Notes under the pieces: generated by a model
The model's database searches: none
Told to the model about the DNA's origin: nothing
Seen by the model: the letters and a program-made list of their open reading frames with translations, nothing else
Program-made: the position numbers and the translations under genes
Source: Nitrospirota bacterium
Lineage (GTDB): Bacteria; Nitrospirota; UBA9217
DNA length: 64,000 bases
Assembly: GCA_035623825.1 (NCBI GenBank)
Contig: DASPSR010000060.1
Coordinates: 1 to 64,000, forward strand
Direction of reading: 5' to 3'
Shown here: positions 62,879 to 64,000 of the stretch, in pieces
Layout: the number at the start of each line of letters is the position of its first letter
Numbering within the stretch: the stretch's first letter is position 1

Positions 62879-63256
62879 ATGACAAGAAAAAAGTTGATAT
62901 TGTTTGGCTTTCTTTTTTTATTATTTGTCACCTCTCCACTATATTCTGCGGATACTATTTCTCCTGAAGAAGCAATAAATCATATTGGTCAACCAGCGAC
63001 TGTATGCGGGATTGTGGCAAGCACGCGTTTTGCAACCAAAAGCAAAGGCCAGCCAATCTTTCTTTATCTCGACAAACCCTATCCGGACCATATATTCACG
63101 ATCATAATTTGGGGATCAGATAGGAGCAGTTTCCCCAACGTTCCTGAAGTCTATTACAAGAACAAAAGAATTTGCGTGTCAGGTCAAATACAGCTGTATA
63201 ATGGAAAACCGGAAATCACTGCAAGAAGATCCAGCCAGATAAAGGAAGAACGGTGA
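62879..63256 (+). CDS. Secreted OB-fold nucleic-acid-binding-like protein
   Basis: GGAGG RBS; signal peptide; TVCGIV..FLYLDKPYP..ICVSGQI..YNGKPEI. Confidence 0.7.
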   Translation: MTRKKLILFGFLFLLFVTSPLYSADTISPEEAINHIGQPATVCGIVASTRFATKSKGQPIFLYLDKPYPDHIFTIIIWGSDRSSFPNVPEVYYKNKRICVSGQIQLYNGKPEITARRSSQIKEER

Positions 63257-63978
63257 AGATACCATTTTTAAAACGGACTGTCTGGACATTAATCTTTCTA
63301 GGGCTGTATCTGTGCGCTACCCCCTCATATCCGTGGTATGATCAAACGCACGCCGCCATTGCGAAAGCAGCACGATACAAGTACTGGTTTAATGCTGCAG
63401 GCGCGGATATTACGAAAACGAAGGCTGGTGATCTGGAAGGACTGAATCACTTTTATAACAATTATGAAAATATCAGCGTTACCGATAAAATGGTTTTCGA
63501 TCAGGTTAACAAATACAATGACCCAACCGATAAGGAAGGTCACCTTTATGGAGCAATAATCGCTTCTCTTAGAGACTATGTGAAGGTGAGATCTTCTGGG
63601 AAGTTCGCTGAATATCACATGGCTTTTGCTGTTCATTACATCGGTGATCTTAGCCAGCCGCTTCACAATATACCCTACGATGGTTTCAATAAAGCCCACC
63701 ATTCTGCCAATGATGGAATTGTAGATGATGGCATATTGGAAAATTTCCGCGATATTGAAAAGAATATGTATGAAATAAAATTAAGGCCAGATCATTTTGA
63801 GGAGGACTTGGCAAAAGAGATAGCAAGGATAGCCAATATATCGAGACAACTCGGTTTAAAGCTTCGTTCTGAAGACAGGAACATGACAAAAGAAGAGGCC
63901 TATATCCAGTTAGGGCATAGCGCATCATTGCTTAGAGCTGTAATAGCGAATATAGCTCCGGGACAGAGCTTACCCTAA
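63253..63978 (+). CDS. S1/P1 nuclease / zinc phospholipase C family secreted protein
   Basis: Mature N-terminus WYDQTH; HF, HYIGDLSQPLH and HSAND zinc-ligand motifs. Confidence 0.8.
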   Translation: MKIPFLKRTVWTLIFLGLYLCATPSYPWYDQTHAAIAKAARYKYWFNAAGADITKTKAGDLEGLNHFYNNYENISVTDKMVFDQVNKYNDPTDKEGHLYGAIIASLRDYVKVRSSGKFAEYHMAFAVHYIGDLSQPLHNIPYDGFNKAHHSANDGIVDDGILENFRDIEKNMYEIKLRPDHFEEDLAKEIARIANISRQLGLKLRSEDRNMTKEEAYIQLGHSASLLRAVIANIAPGQSLP

Positions 63979-64000
63979 TCTAGGGAGGTAAGCAATAATT

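Overview
64 kb of bacterial chromosome. Gene content (iorAB, two paaK, paaI, glgC/glgP, a multi-[4Fe-4S] protein) suggests an anaerobe, plausibly a Syntrophorhabdus-like Desulfobacterota; this is inference only. A core-like block at about 21-33.5 kb (glycogen metabolism and an arylpyruvate/arylacetyl-CoA cluster) is flanked by two long patchworks of mostly single, minus-strand accessory genes, many encoding secreted or envelope proteins. I found no integrase, transposase, CRISPR array, rRNA or intact tRNA. Best non-obvious signals: (1) two degenerate 3' halves of initiator tRNA-fMet (33628-33677 and 51772-51819), same orientation, resembling att scars of tandem island integration; (2) a probable group IIC intron 3'-end relic; (3) a 28-codon phosphoglucomutase stub coupled to glgP; (4) a protein built of eight 22-residue repeats next to HMA2 and MntP-like genes; (5) a triple-HhH ComEA with a recent 222-bp duplication; (6) a small secreted twin CX3C-X9-CX3C protein; (7) a right-end cluster of secreted phosphoesterases, an orphan binding protein and an OB-fold/S1-P1 nuclease pair, possibly for nucleic-acid or organophosphate scavenging. 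No complete novel system can be proven from the sequence alone. Family assignments are by motif recognition, not database search.
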